A stretch of DNA of 64,000 nucleotides, taken from positions 2,899-66,898 of the forward strand of contig JAMCRV010000114.1 in assembly GCA_023381555.1 (NCBI GenBank), written 5' to 3'. The position numbers and the translations under genes are program-made. The DNA is from Chloroflexota bacterium. GTDB taxonomy: Bacteria; Chloroflexota; UBA4733. This document shows positions 1 through 9,176 of the stretch, in pieces (position 1 is the first letter of the stretch; every line of letters begins with the position of its first letter). Under the pieces are notes generated by a model. The model had not been told where the DNA came from and ran no database searches. It worked only from the letters and a program-made list of their open reading frames with translations.

Positions 1-173
1 TGAAAGCGCAAACCGCCGGCATGGCTGTCGCGATCGATCAGTGTGCTCAAGAAGCTCTGGGCGAAGCCACGGCGCAGCGCTGGAAGGGTGAGGCTCGCAA
101 GTGATCGTCGCCAGCGCGCCCTGGCGGCCGGAGCGAGCTAAATGGTGCATCTACCACTGACGGGCAAGGCAGT

Positions 174-1520
174 CTAGTTAGAGCCGCGACTGCTGCCGGA
201 GTCCAGCTCTTCCTGCTCGTCCGCATGTGGCTGGTGGCCGTCGACGCGCCGTAACCACGCTGTGTACTGGCGGCCTCCCGCCAGTGCCCGGTGAACCGGT
301 TGAGGTCCAGCTCGGGCACGCGGCCGCAAAAGCGTCTCCGTCAGGAAAGGCGCCCGCCGGGTACCCGCCGGGGCAGGGTGCGAGCCCTGGCCGGTGCCGT
401 GGGGCCATGCTGTGCGTGCCACCCGCCGGCCCAACGCGCGCTCAATCTCCCGCCACTTCGGTGCGTCCGGCGGGGTAAGGAAGGTGATGACTTCGCCTGG
501 CCGCCCCATACGACCCGTTCGTCCAGCACGATGGGTGAACAGCGCGGGCGAATCGGGCAACTCGTAGTTGATCACCTGGTCGATGCCGTCCACATCGAGG
601 CCGCGGGCGGCAACATTGGTTGCCAGCAGAATGGGCAACTCGCCGGAGCGGAAGGCCGCCATGACGCGCTCACGTGCATGCTGGCTGAGGTTACCCTGGA
701 GTGCATCAACGGGGTACCCCTGCGCACTGAGTTGCTGAGCCAGCTTCTTGACCCCGTGCTTGGTTCGCCCGAAGACGAGAATGGGACCGTCTCCCCGTTG
801 ATCCAGCAAGTGGCGCAATGCGGCAAGCCGGACGGTCGGGTCCATCTCGTAGACGACGTGCTCGATGGTGGTCGGCACGACCGTCTCGGGATCAACACAG
901 ATCAGCAAGGGGTTGCGCAGGTGGCGCGCCGCGGTTGTGTTGACCCAATCTGGCACGGTGGCGGAGAAGAGCGCGGTCTGGCGTTTAGCTGGAGCCAGGG
1001 CCAGAATGCGCTCGACATCGGGCGCAAAACCGCGGTCCAGCATTTCGTCGCCCTCATCCAGCACGAAGCAGCGAAGGCGCAGCAACGATAGGTTCCCCTG
1101 CCGGAGGTGATCAAGCGTGCGGCCGGGAGTGCCGACGATGACCTGCGCGCCGTTGTACAGCGCCTGGCGTTCCGGCAACAGCGACCGGCCGCCGTAGAGC
1201 AGGGTGAGACTCAGATGTCGCACCCGACAGAGTGCATCGAGCACACCGCCGACCTGGATTGCCAGTTCACGCGTGGGCACGAGCACCAGTGCCTGCACAG
1301 CACGAATGCCGGGGTCGATGCGCTCGACTAGCGGCAGTCCGAAGGCTAGCGTCTTGCCGGAGCCGGTCTGGGCCTGGCCGATGACGTCGCGCCCGGCAAG
1401 TAGCGCCGGAATGGTCTGGGCCTGGATCGGTGTGGGCACCGTTATGCCCATGGCAGCCACGGCCGCGCGCACAGCTGGATGAAGCTGCAGTTCGTCGAAG
1501 GACACTACTGAAACTACCAA
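174..1520 (-). CDS. DEAD-box ATP-dependent RNA helicase
   Basis: 448-aa ORF with Walker A AQTGSGKTLAF, DEAD-box variant VLDEGDEML, SAT, and motif VI HRAGRTGR. It has an Arg/Pro-rich C-terminal tail. Confidence 0.9.
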   Translation of the reverse strand: MVVSVVSFDELQLHPAVRAAVAAMGITVPTPIQAQTIPALLAGRDVIGQAQTGSGKTLAFGLPLVERIDPGIRAVQALVLVPTRELAIQVGGVLDALCRVRHLSLTLLYGGRSLLPERQALYNGAQVIVGTPGRTLDHLRQGNLSLLRLRCFVLDEGDEMLDRGFAPDVERILALAPAKRQTALFSATVPDWVNTTAARHLRNPLLICVDPETVVPTTIEHVVYEMDPTVRLAALRHLLDQRGDGPILVFGRTKHGVKKLAQQLSAQGYPVDALQGNLSQHARERVMAAFRSGELPILLATNVAARGLDVDGIDQVINYELPDSPALFTHRAGRTGRMGRPGEVITFLTPPDAPKWREIERALGRRVARTAWPHGTGQGSHPAPAGTRRAPFLTETLLRPRARAGPQPVHRALAGGRQYTAWLRRVDGHQPHADEQEELDSGSSRGSN

Positions 1521-1852
1521 CGGTGGTAGCCAGCACGAAAGGTCAGTTGACTATGGCGCATCTTGCGTTGACTCCTTGGCGATTCTTCGGAACCGACCGG
1601 TCAACGCGATTTGCGGGTGAGGAGGGAAGAGGGACTTCCTGATGGAATTCCGCACTTAACCTGACCACGACGGTGGGCCGACGATCCATAACATCAAGTA
1701 TCGAATGCATCAGCGTACCATACCTTAATGGTGCTCAGGGGTAGGCGGTTGAACCGTACGTCCTCACACGATTGCTCAAAGTCGATTGAGAGAAACTGTC
1801 GCCGCGCTGATGTGGATTGGTGCTCTGGAGTCCTGATGAATGAGGAACTCGG

Positions 1853-2731
1853 CTAGCGGGTCTCGACGGGATCAGGAAGCGCTTCGAGGAAACGCACGAC
1901 CTCTCGCGTGATTTGGGTCTTGGTTGAGGCTCCTGAGGTGACGCCGACTACGGAGGCACCCTGAAGCCATTCTGTGCGAATCTCGGAGGCGCTGTCAACA
2001 CGATACGCGGGCTTCCCCGCGCGCTCCCGAACGGCGTCGACGAGCCGGTTCGTATTGGATGAGCGCTCATCACCGACGACAATGACGACATCACACAGTT
2101 TGGCCTGTTCTACAGCCGCCGTCTGCCGCTCCTGTGTGGCCGTGCAGATCTCGTTGTAGACTTCAATGTCTGGATAGCGCTCTTTGAGCCGGTCGATGAT
2201 GTCCTGGGTATCCCAGAGACTCATCGTCGTCTGTGTCGTAACGGCACGCTTACCTTCCGGAAGATCGAGCTGGTCAACCTCTCCCACCGTTTCGACCAAG
2301 AAGATGCGACCAGGAGCGTTTCCCATGACGCCTTCAGGCTCGGGATGACCGTGTCTGCCGATATAGACGATGTAATATCCCTCTGCGACCAGCATTTTGA
2401 CGAGATCATGCGTCCGTGTGACATCCGGACACGTGGCGTCAATCACGCGAAGCCCCTTTTCAAGCGCGCGTGTACGCACTTGGGGTGATACTCCGTGAGC
2501 AGTGAAGATCACGGTCCCAGATTGAATCTGTTCGAGAATCTTGAGGCGGTCAGGACCATCCACTGTGTCTACGTGGTGTTCCGCGAGGTCATCGATCATA
2601 TGTCTGTTGTGCACCATCTGACCAAGACCATATACGGGTCCGTCAGTAGAATCTCCGATTTGCTTTGCGATACGCATAGCACGGACTACGCCGTGGCAAT
2701 ACCCCTGCGGGGTAATGAAGTGCACTCTCAT
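1853..2731 (-). CDS. ispH: 4-hydroxy-3-methylbut-2-enyl diphosphate reductase (IspH/LytB)
   Basis: 292-aa ORF with the three IspH cluster-Cys contexts: YCHGV near the N-terminus, ATCPDV, and NEICTAT. Confidence 0.9.
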   Translation of the reverse strand: MRVHFITPQGYCHGVVRAMRIAKQIGDSTDGPVYGLGQMVHNRHMIDDLAEHHVDTVDGPDRLKILEQIQSGTVIFTAHGVSPQVRTRALEKGLRVIDATCPDVTRTHDLVKMLVAEGYYIVYIGRHGHPEPEGVMGNAPGRIFLVETVGEVDQLDLPEGKRAVTTQTTMSLWDTQDIIDRLKERYPDIEVYNEICTATQERQTAAVEQAKLCDVVIVVGDERSSNTNRLVDAVRERAGKPAYRVDSASEIRTEWLQGASVVGVTSGASTKTQITREVVRFLEALPDPVETR

Positions 2732-2985
2732 GCGAGCCTCTTCTACCGTTGGATGCCCTTCCTCATCCTACCCGCTGAAGCGAAAGGAGGCGCTTTTTCA
2801 CAGGGCAGGCGGCACCGAATTCCCCGGGTGCTTCGAGGTTTCGGCGACTGGACGTGCAAGACTGCCGGCTAGCGGGCACTTAAACCGATCTTAACGATCA
2901 GCTCAGCGCAAAGCTACGGGCGGGTATACTGCCAAACGTTGGTAGGCAGCCGCAAGAGATAAGCGACCGCTAAGACGGTGGTGGA

Positions 2986-3984
2986 ATGGCTCTAAGCACG
3001 CCCTTCACACCCTCCCTAGATCGTTCGAGACCTTCCAATCGCCGCCGGCGATACTGGCGAACGACGTTACTGGCCTATCTGTTCATTCTTCCTGCTGCCA
3101 TTGTCATTGCTATCTTTCACTTTTTCTCTGTGGCTTTTGCCTTCTACATCAGTCTGTTCAACTGGAAGGTGATCCGAGGCGCCTTCCTCGGATTGGAGAA
3201 CTACGCGGTCATTCTCGGCAGTAGCGACTTTCGCACCACCCTAGCGACCACGGTTTGGTATTCACTCTTCACCGTCATCCCGAGCATCACTGTCTCCTTC
3301 TTCGTTGCGCTGCTCCTGAGCAGATCGCTCAAGGGCATGAGCTTCTACCGGACGTTGTTTTTCGTCCCCTACGTCACATCGACGGTAGCTGCCGCCGCTG
3401 TGTGGCGTGTCCTCTTCCGGACGGACGGGATCTTCAGTGCACTCTGGGAGTGGATGGGAGCTTCGAGCCCGCAGTGGCTGAATGAGCCTCGTGGAATCTT
3501 CGCGCTTCTCGTCCAACCCTTTGGTGTGACGCTTCCTCATTGGGCGGTCGGTCCGAGTCTCGCGTTGGTGTGTATCGCCGTCATGACGATTTGGTACAGC
3601 CAGGGGTTCGACGTTGTCGTCTTCCTAGCGGGCATGACCTCCATCCCGAAGGAGCTGTATGAGGCAGCAAGGCTCGATGGAGCATCGGAGTGGCAGATCG
3701 TGCGTTTCATCACGTGGCCCTTGCTGTTGCCGACCACATTCTTCATCTTGGTCATCTCGGTCATCGGGAGCTTCAAAGCCTTCAATCAGATCTACATCAT
3801 GACGGGCGGAGGTCCAGCAGATACGACGACGACAGTTGCTCTGTTGGTCTACAATCAAGCGTTTCGCTATGGCCACTTGGGATATGCCTCGGCTCTCGCC
3901 TTCATTCTCTTTGCTATTATTCTGACTCTGACGCTCGTGCAGTTCCAAGTAGTCGGGCGGAGTGCGAGGGCGGTCAATGGCTAG
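2986..3984 (+). CDS. carbohydrate ABC transporter permease (MalF/UgpA-like)
   Basis: 332-aa polytopic ORF with EAA loop EAARLDGASEWQIVRFITWPLL. It lies next to a second permease and a binding protein. Confidence 0.85.
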   Translation: MALSTPFTPSLDRSRPSNRRRRYWRTTLLAYLFILPAAIVIAIFHFFSVAFAFYISLFNWKVIRGAFLGLENYAVILGSSDFRTTLATTVWYSLFTVIPSITVSFFVALLLSRSLKGMSFYRTLFFVPYVTSTVAAAAVWRVLFRTDGIFSALWEWMGASSPQWLNEPRGIFALLVQPFGVTLPHWAVGPSLALVCIAVMTIWYSQGFDVVVFLAGMTSIPKELYEAARLDGASEWQIVRFITWPLLLPTTFFILVISVIGSFKAFNQIYIMTGGGPADTTTTVALLVYNQAFRYGHLGYASALAFILFAIILTLTLVQFQVVGRSARAVNG

Positions 3985-4873
3985 CTCTGCTGAGTCACGT
4001 GCACTGCCCGGTGCGGCTGCTGCGCACACCATCCACTCGCGACGGCCCGTGACGGTACTGGCTATTCACGCGATCCTCATCGTGGGGGGGCTCTTGGTTG
4101 CCTTACCGTTTCTGTGGATGCTCCTCACGTCGGTGAAGACGCAGTTCGAAGCCCTCGCGTACCCTCCGACGTTCCTACCACGCCAATGGCAGTGGCACAA
4201 CTACGTTGACGCCTGGCGCCTTCCCGGGAGCTGGCCCAAGGGCTTCCCGCGCTACTTCGTCAACACCGTCTTCATTGCGACGGTGACGACGACGGGCGCC
4301 CTGGTGACATCGCTGCCCGCGGGCTATGCATTTGCCAAGATGGAGTTCTTCGGCAAGAATGTCATCTTCCTCTGCTTTCTGGCGACACTGATGGTTCCTT
4401 TCGAGGCAACGCTCGTCCCAGACTTCATCATCATCAAGTCACTGCACTGGTACAACACCTACTACGCGCAGATCGTTCCCTGGCTTGGCACAGTTTTCGG
4501 GATTTTCTTGCTCAGGCAGTTCATCAGCTCTTTGCCGAATGAGCTCTGGGAGGCAGCCCAAATTGATGGTCTCGGGCACGCCGGCTATCTGCGGTGGGTC
4601 GTGGCACCGTTGTCTCTGCCCGGTCTGCTCACTTTGGGCCTCTTCACATTTCTCGATAGCTGGAACGCGCTGATCTGGCCACTTATCGTCACGAGCAGTG
4701 ACCAGATGCGCCCGATTCAAGTAGGTCTCTCCTACTTCATTACTGAGGAAGGCACGCAGGTCAACCAGCTGATGGCCGCTGCCACTTTCACCATCCTTCC
4801 TGTCTTGGTTCTCTTCTTGTTTACACAGCGACAGTTCATTGAAGGGATAGCGCATTCAGGGCTGAAGGGTTGA
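3977..4873 (+). CDS. carbohydrate ABC transporter permease (MalG/UgpE-like)
   Basis: Polytopic ORF with EAA loop EAAQIDGLGHAGYLRWVVAPLSLPGL. I chose the ATG at 3977, which overlaps the upstream stop (ATGGCTAG); the ORF track starts at 3962. Confidence 0.85.
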   Translation: MASSAESRALPGAAAAHTIHSRRPVTVLAIHAILIVGGLLVALPFLWMLLTSVKTQFEALAYPPTFLPRQWQWHNYVDAWRLPGSWPKGFPRYFVNTVFIATVTTTGALVTSLPAGYAFAKMEFFGKNVIFLCFLATLMVPFEATLVPDFIIIKSLHWYNTYYAQIVPWLGTVFGIFLLRQFISSLPNELWEAAQIDGLGHAGYLRWVVAPLSLPGLLTLGLFTFLDSWNALIWPLIVTSSDQMRPIQVGLSYFITEEGTQVNQLMAAATFTILPVLVLFLFTQRQFIEGIAHSGLKG

Positions 4874-4955
4874 ATCGGAGCGCCAGGGGGAAGTTACGTA
4901 TTCCCCTCGCGGACAGAGTGTTGTGCGTAACAGGTGGAGTCTCAGTAGAAAGGTC

Positions 4956-6482
4956 ATGTTCACGATGGATTCGCTGAGCCGGCGAAAGATGCTTGTGCTG
5001 CTCGGCAGCGCGACAGCATCCATCTCGCTTGTCGCTTGTGGTGCATCACCGACCACGACGAGCGCGTCTTCCACTACCGCTAGCGCTGCGCCAGCGTCCA
5101 AGACAAGCGCGACCAGCGCATCTTCATCCCAGGGAAGCTCGTCTTCCACTGCGACGAGCGCTGCGACAGCGTCTACGTCGAAGGCGAGCACGAGCACGAC
5201 TTCCTCGAGCGCGGCCGCTGCGAAGACCTCGTCAGCTGCGAAACCCACACCAACGGCTGTTCCCATCACGGTACACGGCACCAAGGTGACGTTCTGGCAC
5301 ACCCAGAGCGGACCAAATGCCCAGCTCCTCAACAAGATAGTGCTGGGCTTCAATGCGAGCCAGTCGACGTACACTATCGTGCCGGAGTACAAGGGCAACT
5401 ATAACGACCTGTACAAAGCAAACTTAGCGGCTATCAACGCGGGTCAGCCTGTCCCGTTGTCCGTAGCCTATGAGAACCAGGTCGCCGAATATTATTCCAG
5501 CAACCTCATCGTTGCCTGGGACGAGTACATGAACAGTGCTCAAGGGGGCCTCAGTGCGAGCGACAAGAGCGACTTCTTCCCGGCTTTTCTCGAGCTCGGG
5601 AAGTTCCCGCAGTTTGGCAATAAATTCCTCACCTTCCCCTTCGCAAAGAGCCTTGAGCTCATGTGGTACGACGCTGATCTTCTGCAGAAAGCCGGCTTCG
5701 ATAAGCCACCAGCGACGTGGAATGATTTCCAGACGCAGATCTTGAAAATCAATAGGACAGTGTCGCCCGCGTGGGAGTTCTCCGCCGATGCGTCCCGCTT
5801 TGCCACTTGGGTATTCAGCCGGCACGGGGACCTCATTTCTGCCGATGGCAAGACGCTCACGATTGACACGCCCGAAGCGGAGGATGCCATGGCCTTGCTG
5901 GCCGCCGCGGTCAAGGCGAAAGCTGTGCTTGCTCCCCAGGGATACCAGGCAGAGACCGACTTCGAACAGCAGAAGACGGCATTCTATCAAGATTCCAGCT
6001 CTGCTCGCTCCTACATACTGGCAGACTTGAAGAAGGCCGGGAAGAACTTCAACTGGACGGCTGAGATGCCGCCAGTGGGCAAGGTTGGGCAAGACCCGCG
6101 GTCAGACCTCTACGGCGGCAACGTGTGCCTCTTCAAGACAAATCCAGAGGCACAACAGGGCTCCTGGGCCTTCATGAAGTACTTCAGTGATACGAAGCAG
6201 ACAGCGACATGGGCGTTGGGCACGGGCTACATGCCGTTGCGCAAGTCTGCGACTGAGACTCCGGAGTACAAACAGTTCCTGGCAGAGAATCCCCGGAACA
6301 GCGTCGCGATCGATGGTCTGAAGTATCCGGGCAACACCGGCGAGCCCAAGGTAGCCGCCTGGCAGCAGGTGCGCGACATTCTGCAGTCTATGCTCCAGCA
6401 GGTAATCGCCGGGACGGCCTCACCGAAGAGTGCGCTCGCTGCAGCAAACAAGAAGGCGAATGACGTCATGAAAACGTCGTAG
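4956..6482 (+). CDS. ABC transporter extracellular solute-binding lipoprotein (sugar family)
   Basis: Tat-like lipoprotein signal SRRKMLVLLGSATASISLVAC, followed by an approx. 85-aa Ser/Thr/Ala linker and then an SBP-like domain. It follows two permease genes. The start is chosen at ATG 4956; the track starts at 4923. Confidence 0.8.
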   Translation: MFTMDSLSRRKMLVLLGSATASISLVACGASPTTTSASSTTASAAPASKTSATSASSSQGSSSSTATSAATASTSKASTSTTSSSAAAAKTSSAAKPTPTAVPITVHGTKVTFWHTQSGPNAQLLNKIVLGFNASQSTYTIVPEYKGNYNDLYKANLAAINAGQPVPLSVAYENQVAEYYSSNLIVAWDEYMNSAQGGLSASDKSDFFPAFLELGKFPQFGNKFLTFPFAKSLELMWYDADLLQKAGFDKPPATWNDFQTQILKINRTVSPAWEFSADASRFATWVFSRHGDLISADGKTLTIDTPEAEDAMALLAAAVKAKAVLAPQGYQAETDFEQQKTAFYQDSSSARSYILADLKKAGKNFNWTAEMPPVGKVGQDPRSDLYGGNVCLFKTNPEAQQGSWAFMKYFSDTKQTATWALGTGYMPLRKSATETPEYKQFLAENPRNSVAIDGLKYPGNTGEPKVAAWQQVRDILQSMLQQVIAGTASPKSALAAANKKANDVMKTS

Positions 6483-6495
6483 ATCCTTGCGAGAT

Positions 6496-6522
6496 GGGGC
6501 CACCTCGTGCCGTGGTGGCCCC
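6496..6522 (+). terminator. GC-rich hairpin downstream of the binding-protein gene
   Basis: GGGGCCAC...GTGGCCCC is a perfect 8-bp stem located 14 nt after the stop. There is no clear U-tract. Confidence 0.35.
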
Positions 6523-6744
6523 AAGCCCTCGTTCACTTGGAGGTCTGCGTCTCGCAAGCGAAACCGAAGTGTTAGCTCTGTGTCGTGTTCTTTCTAGATT
6601 TGGGCTTGGGCTAGATGTTCTCTTGACCTCCAGACACAATGGTGCGCATAGTCAATTTGGTAGCAACTATAGGCTCGGTTGCCGAAAAGGTTGGCATACT
6701 TCCAGCGAAGCGATAATTAGGGTTTTCAGAGGAGGGAGGCGGAA

Positions 6745-7518
6745 GTGATTGCACGGGACGGCTCCGGAACACTGCAGCCTATGGGCTTGGGAGACTTGTT
6801 TGCTCGCACCGTTGAGATCTACCGGACGTACTTCGGCAACCTGGTCGCGATTGTTGCCCCGGTTCAGCTCGCGCTGGTCATACTGAACGCAGTGATCAGC
6901 CGGCAAATGCAAGGAACGGGAATCACTGTCTTCACTGCACTATCTGGGCTCCTCACGCTCATCTTTACCATCCTGGCGACCTTGCTGCAGACCGGAGCCC
7001 TCACCGTGGCGATTGCCGACGACGCGATGGACCGGCCAATTTCAGTCTCCCGTGCCTACACCACTGCTGCTGACCGGATCGGAGCGCTGCTGGGGACTGC
7101 GCTGCTGGCAGCCCTCCTCTACTTGGTCATGGGTATCACTATCATCTTGATTCCTCTGGCAATCTACTTTGGGGTACGCTGGGTTTTCTTACCCCAGGTG
7201 GTCATGCTCGAGAACATGAGCGGGATGACGGCGCTCGGGCGTAGTGGATCCATCACGCGCGGTCGCTGGTGGTCTCTTTTCGGGGTGCTCCTGTTGACAT
7301 TCATCATCATCGGAGTGATTGGTGCGTTGCTAGGGGGCATCCTCAGTTTCATCGGTCTCGTCCTACTCCGGTCGGCCTTCCTCTCTCTGTTGTTCACGTT
7401 CCTGGTTCAGACCGCCATTACTCCACTCGGCAGCATCGTCATCACGCTCCTCTACTTCGACGGGCGCGCTCGCCAGGAGGAGCTGACCATGGGTGCCATC
7501 ACCGCACTCATTCCCTAG
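6745..7518 (+). CDS. polytopic membrane protein of unknown function
   Basis: 257-aa ORF with several long hydrophobic segments and GC3-rich codons. The true start may be the internal MGLGDLF at about 6781. Confidence 0.55.
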   Translation: MIARDGSGTLQPMGLGDLFARTVEIYRTYFGNLVAIVAPVQLALVILNAVISRQMQGTGITVFTALSGLLTLIFTILATLLQTGALTVAIADDAMDRPISVSRAYTTAADRIGALLGTALLAALLYLVMGITIILIPLAIYFGVRWVFLPQVVMLENMSGMTALGRSGSITRGRWWSLFGVLLLTFIIIGVIGALLGGILSFIGLVLLRSAFLSLLFTFLVQTAITPLGSIVITLLYFDGRARQEELTMGAITALIP

Positions 7519-7599
7519 CGCTCGGCGCCGGGGAACGGCTAGTAGACCTTGCGGCTTCGTGGTGAGTGATTCTCGGCTGACTGCAACTCGAACGAGACT

Positions 7600-7631
7600 G
7601 CCCCTGGCGTCCTCGCTCAGGCGCCAGGGGC
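7600..7631 (+). terminator. hairpin downstream of the membrane-protein gene
   Basis: GCCCCTGGCG-12 nt-CGCCAGGGGC is a perfect 10-bp GC-rich stem about 80 nt after the stop. Confidence 0.4.
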
Positions 7632-7831
7632 GGTGACCCTACTGCATCGGGCTAGCCGGATAACTCGATGATGCAAGCGTTTTCCGCCCGTCTTTTCGGG
7701 AGATAGCACTTCCCGGGGCTGCCGCGCTAGTCAGGGTGAGAGCGTGGCAAACGCCGTCGTTACACTGGGCCCTAGAAACCTTGCCAGCGGAACTCTGGGA
7801 AGAACACTGAAGGCTCAGGGAGGACCCCACC

Positions 7832-8128
7832 GTGACTTGCCTTACCCGCCGGAGACTGTTGCGCACCGTTGCCGGGTTGACAGCGACTTCGCTGTCACTT
7901 GCCGCGTGCGATTGGGCTCAGTTGCCGGGCGAGTCTACTTCGTCAACAAGCGCCACAAAGATGCAGACTACTTCCAAAGTGGCGGCAACAGCGACTACCA
8001 CCGCATCGGCACAGCCAGCGCCTACGACGGCTCCGCTGACCACGCCGCAGACTGTCGCCGGGGAGTTTCTCTCTTACTGGCCGCGCGTTCAATCAACGAT
8101 CCTACATTCCGAAATAGCTGACGGTTGA
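7832..8128 (+). CDS. short Tat-lipoprotein-like ORF, possibly a gene remnant
   Basis: 98 aa with twin-arginine plus lipobox TRRRLLRTVAGLTATSLSLAAC, then an S/T/A linker and only about 25 more residues before the stop. No globular domain is present. Confidence 0.3.
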   Translation: MTCLTRRRLLRTVAGLTATSLSLAACDWAQLPGESTSSTSATKMQTTSKVAATATTTASAQPAPTTAPLTTPQTVAGEFLSYWPRVQSTILHSEIADG

Positions 8129-8294
8129 CGATGGCTGATTGCCCTAGGCGTGTCACTCTGAGTGTGCTACGATAGTTTTGTCGGAAAGGAGGTGATGTGT
8201 AGTGGGTAGTTCTTGTTGCTTGGGCAGCTCCCCTACGAAGTCGCAGCCGATGGAGGTGAGCCCATCTTAGGGGGCTGCCCGGCAGCAACCGAAT

Positions 8295-8328
8295 GAAGAG
8301 GAGCGGAGCGTTCACTCCGCTCCTCTTC
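8295..8328 (+). terminator. strong hairpin immediately upstream of birA
   Basis: GAAGAGGAGCGGAG-CGTTCA-CTCCGCTCCTCTTC is a perfect 14-bp stem with a 6-nt loop, followed by GTTGTT. Confidence 0.5.
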
Positions 8329-8342
8329 GTTGTTACACGCCA

Positions 8343-9176
8343 ATGAGCGCAGACCATATTCCAGCCGCTTTCGCCCGTGTTGCGGATAGCACTGCTTTGT
8401 GCCGGCTCCTGCATCTGGACGCCTGTGAGTCCACCCAGGCGGTTGCTGGGGAGTTGATTGCTGCTGGAGCGAGTCCTTACACGGTCGTGCTCACCAATGA
8501 ACAGACGGCGGGATATGGGACTCACGGACGGCGATGGCTCCATCAAGGGGGCAATGGGCTCGCTGTGTCGGTGATCGTTCCCTGCCCTCCCCGCGTCGAT
8601 CACGAGCCGTGGGTGACTGTGGCAGCGGCTGTTGCGTGTGCCCAGGCCCTTCGTGGCGTTGTGCTGCCTCCTCCGCGACTCAAGTGGCCGAACGACATTG
8701 TGATTGCGCAGCGCAAGGTCGGCGGCGTTCTGGCAGAGCTCGTGCAAGAGCCAAGGCTCATGATCATTGGGTTGGGGCTCAATCTCCACAGTGCCCCGGA
8801 AACTGATCCGGCGCTGCCAGCGACCGCCGCCGCCCCTTGGTCGACCCAGACGATACGACGGGAGCAGATCCTCGAGTCCTGGCTCCTCGAGCTCTACCAT
8901 CTCCTGACGTATCTCAAGCGAGGCAGGGTCGACGTGATCCGGGAGGCGTGGCATCTTCTGCTCGACACGACTGGCCGTCGAGTTACCGTCACGCTTGATG
9001 GACAGGAGCTGACTGGACTAGCGACTGCGGTTGATAGCAAGGGTGCGCTCATCGTTCGACCCGACGGCGGCGGTACCATTCGTGTACAGCCTGGCGGAGC
9101 CGCGATCATCCGGCACATCTCTCAGAGCACGGCGGCTACGACGAGGCGGAGGAGGAGTAGGCCCGGCGGTGATTGA
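8343..9176 (+). CDS. birA: biotin--[acetyl-CoA-carboxylase] ligase
   Basis: 277-aa ORF with the BirA-type motif QTAGYGTHGRRW (GRGRxGRxW-like) and KWPNDI. Confidence 0.8.
   Translation: MSADHIPAAFARVADSTALCRLLHLDACESTQAVAGELIAAGASPYTVVLTNEQTAGYGTHGRRWLHQGGNGLAVSVIVPCPPRVDHEPWVTVAAAVACAQALRGVVLPPPRLKWPNDIVIAQRKVGGVLAELVQEPRLMIIGLGLNLHSAPETDPALPATAAAPWSTQTIRREQILESWLLELYHLLTYLKRGRVDVIREAWHLLLDTTGRRVTVTLDGQELTGLATAVDSKGALIVRPDGGGTIRVQPGGAAIIRHISQSTAATTRRRRSRPGGD

Noticed and set aside
1-104. Possible 3' end of a plus-strand gene (...AQEALGEATAQRWKGEARK, stop at 102..104).
   Set aside because: Only 34 codons are visible and there is no motif. This is not enough evidence to call a feature.
1521-1852. 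The 332-nt gap between ispH and the DEAD-box helicase start was considered as a long cold-shock-type 5' UTR or an RNA gene.
   Set aside because: I could identify no recognisable conserved RNA motif or strong structure by eye, so it remains only a possibility.
4993-5289. Alternative-frame ORFs across the S/T/A linker of the binding protein, on both strands.
   Set aside because: They are artefacts of the low-complexity GC-rich linker. The binding-protein frame continues into a clear SBP domain.
8022-8954. 310-aa minus-strand ORF opposite birA.
   Set aside because: It is antisense to a well-supported birA reading frame. It is Arg/Pro/Ser-rich with no motifs, which is typical of a shadow ORF in high-GC DNA.
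9031-9168. N-terminal extensions in the track ORFs of lysS (from 9031), the RlmB-like gene (from 33157), the glycosyltransferase (from 53476) and the IlvD-family gene (to 48607).
   Set aside because: Each extension overlaps the preceding gene's coding region. In each case an internal start with an RBS or a stop-overlap gives a family-typical N-terminus.
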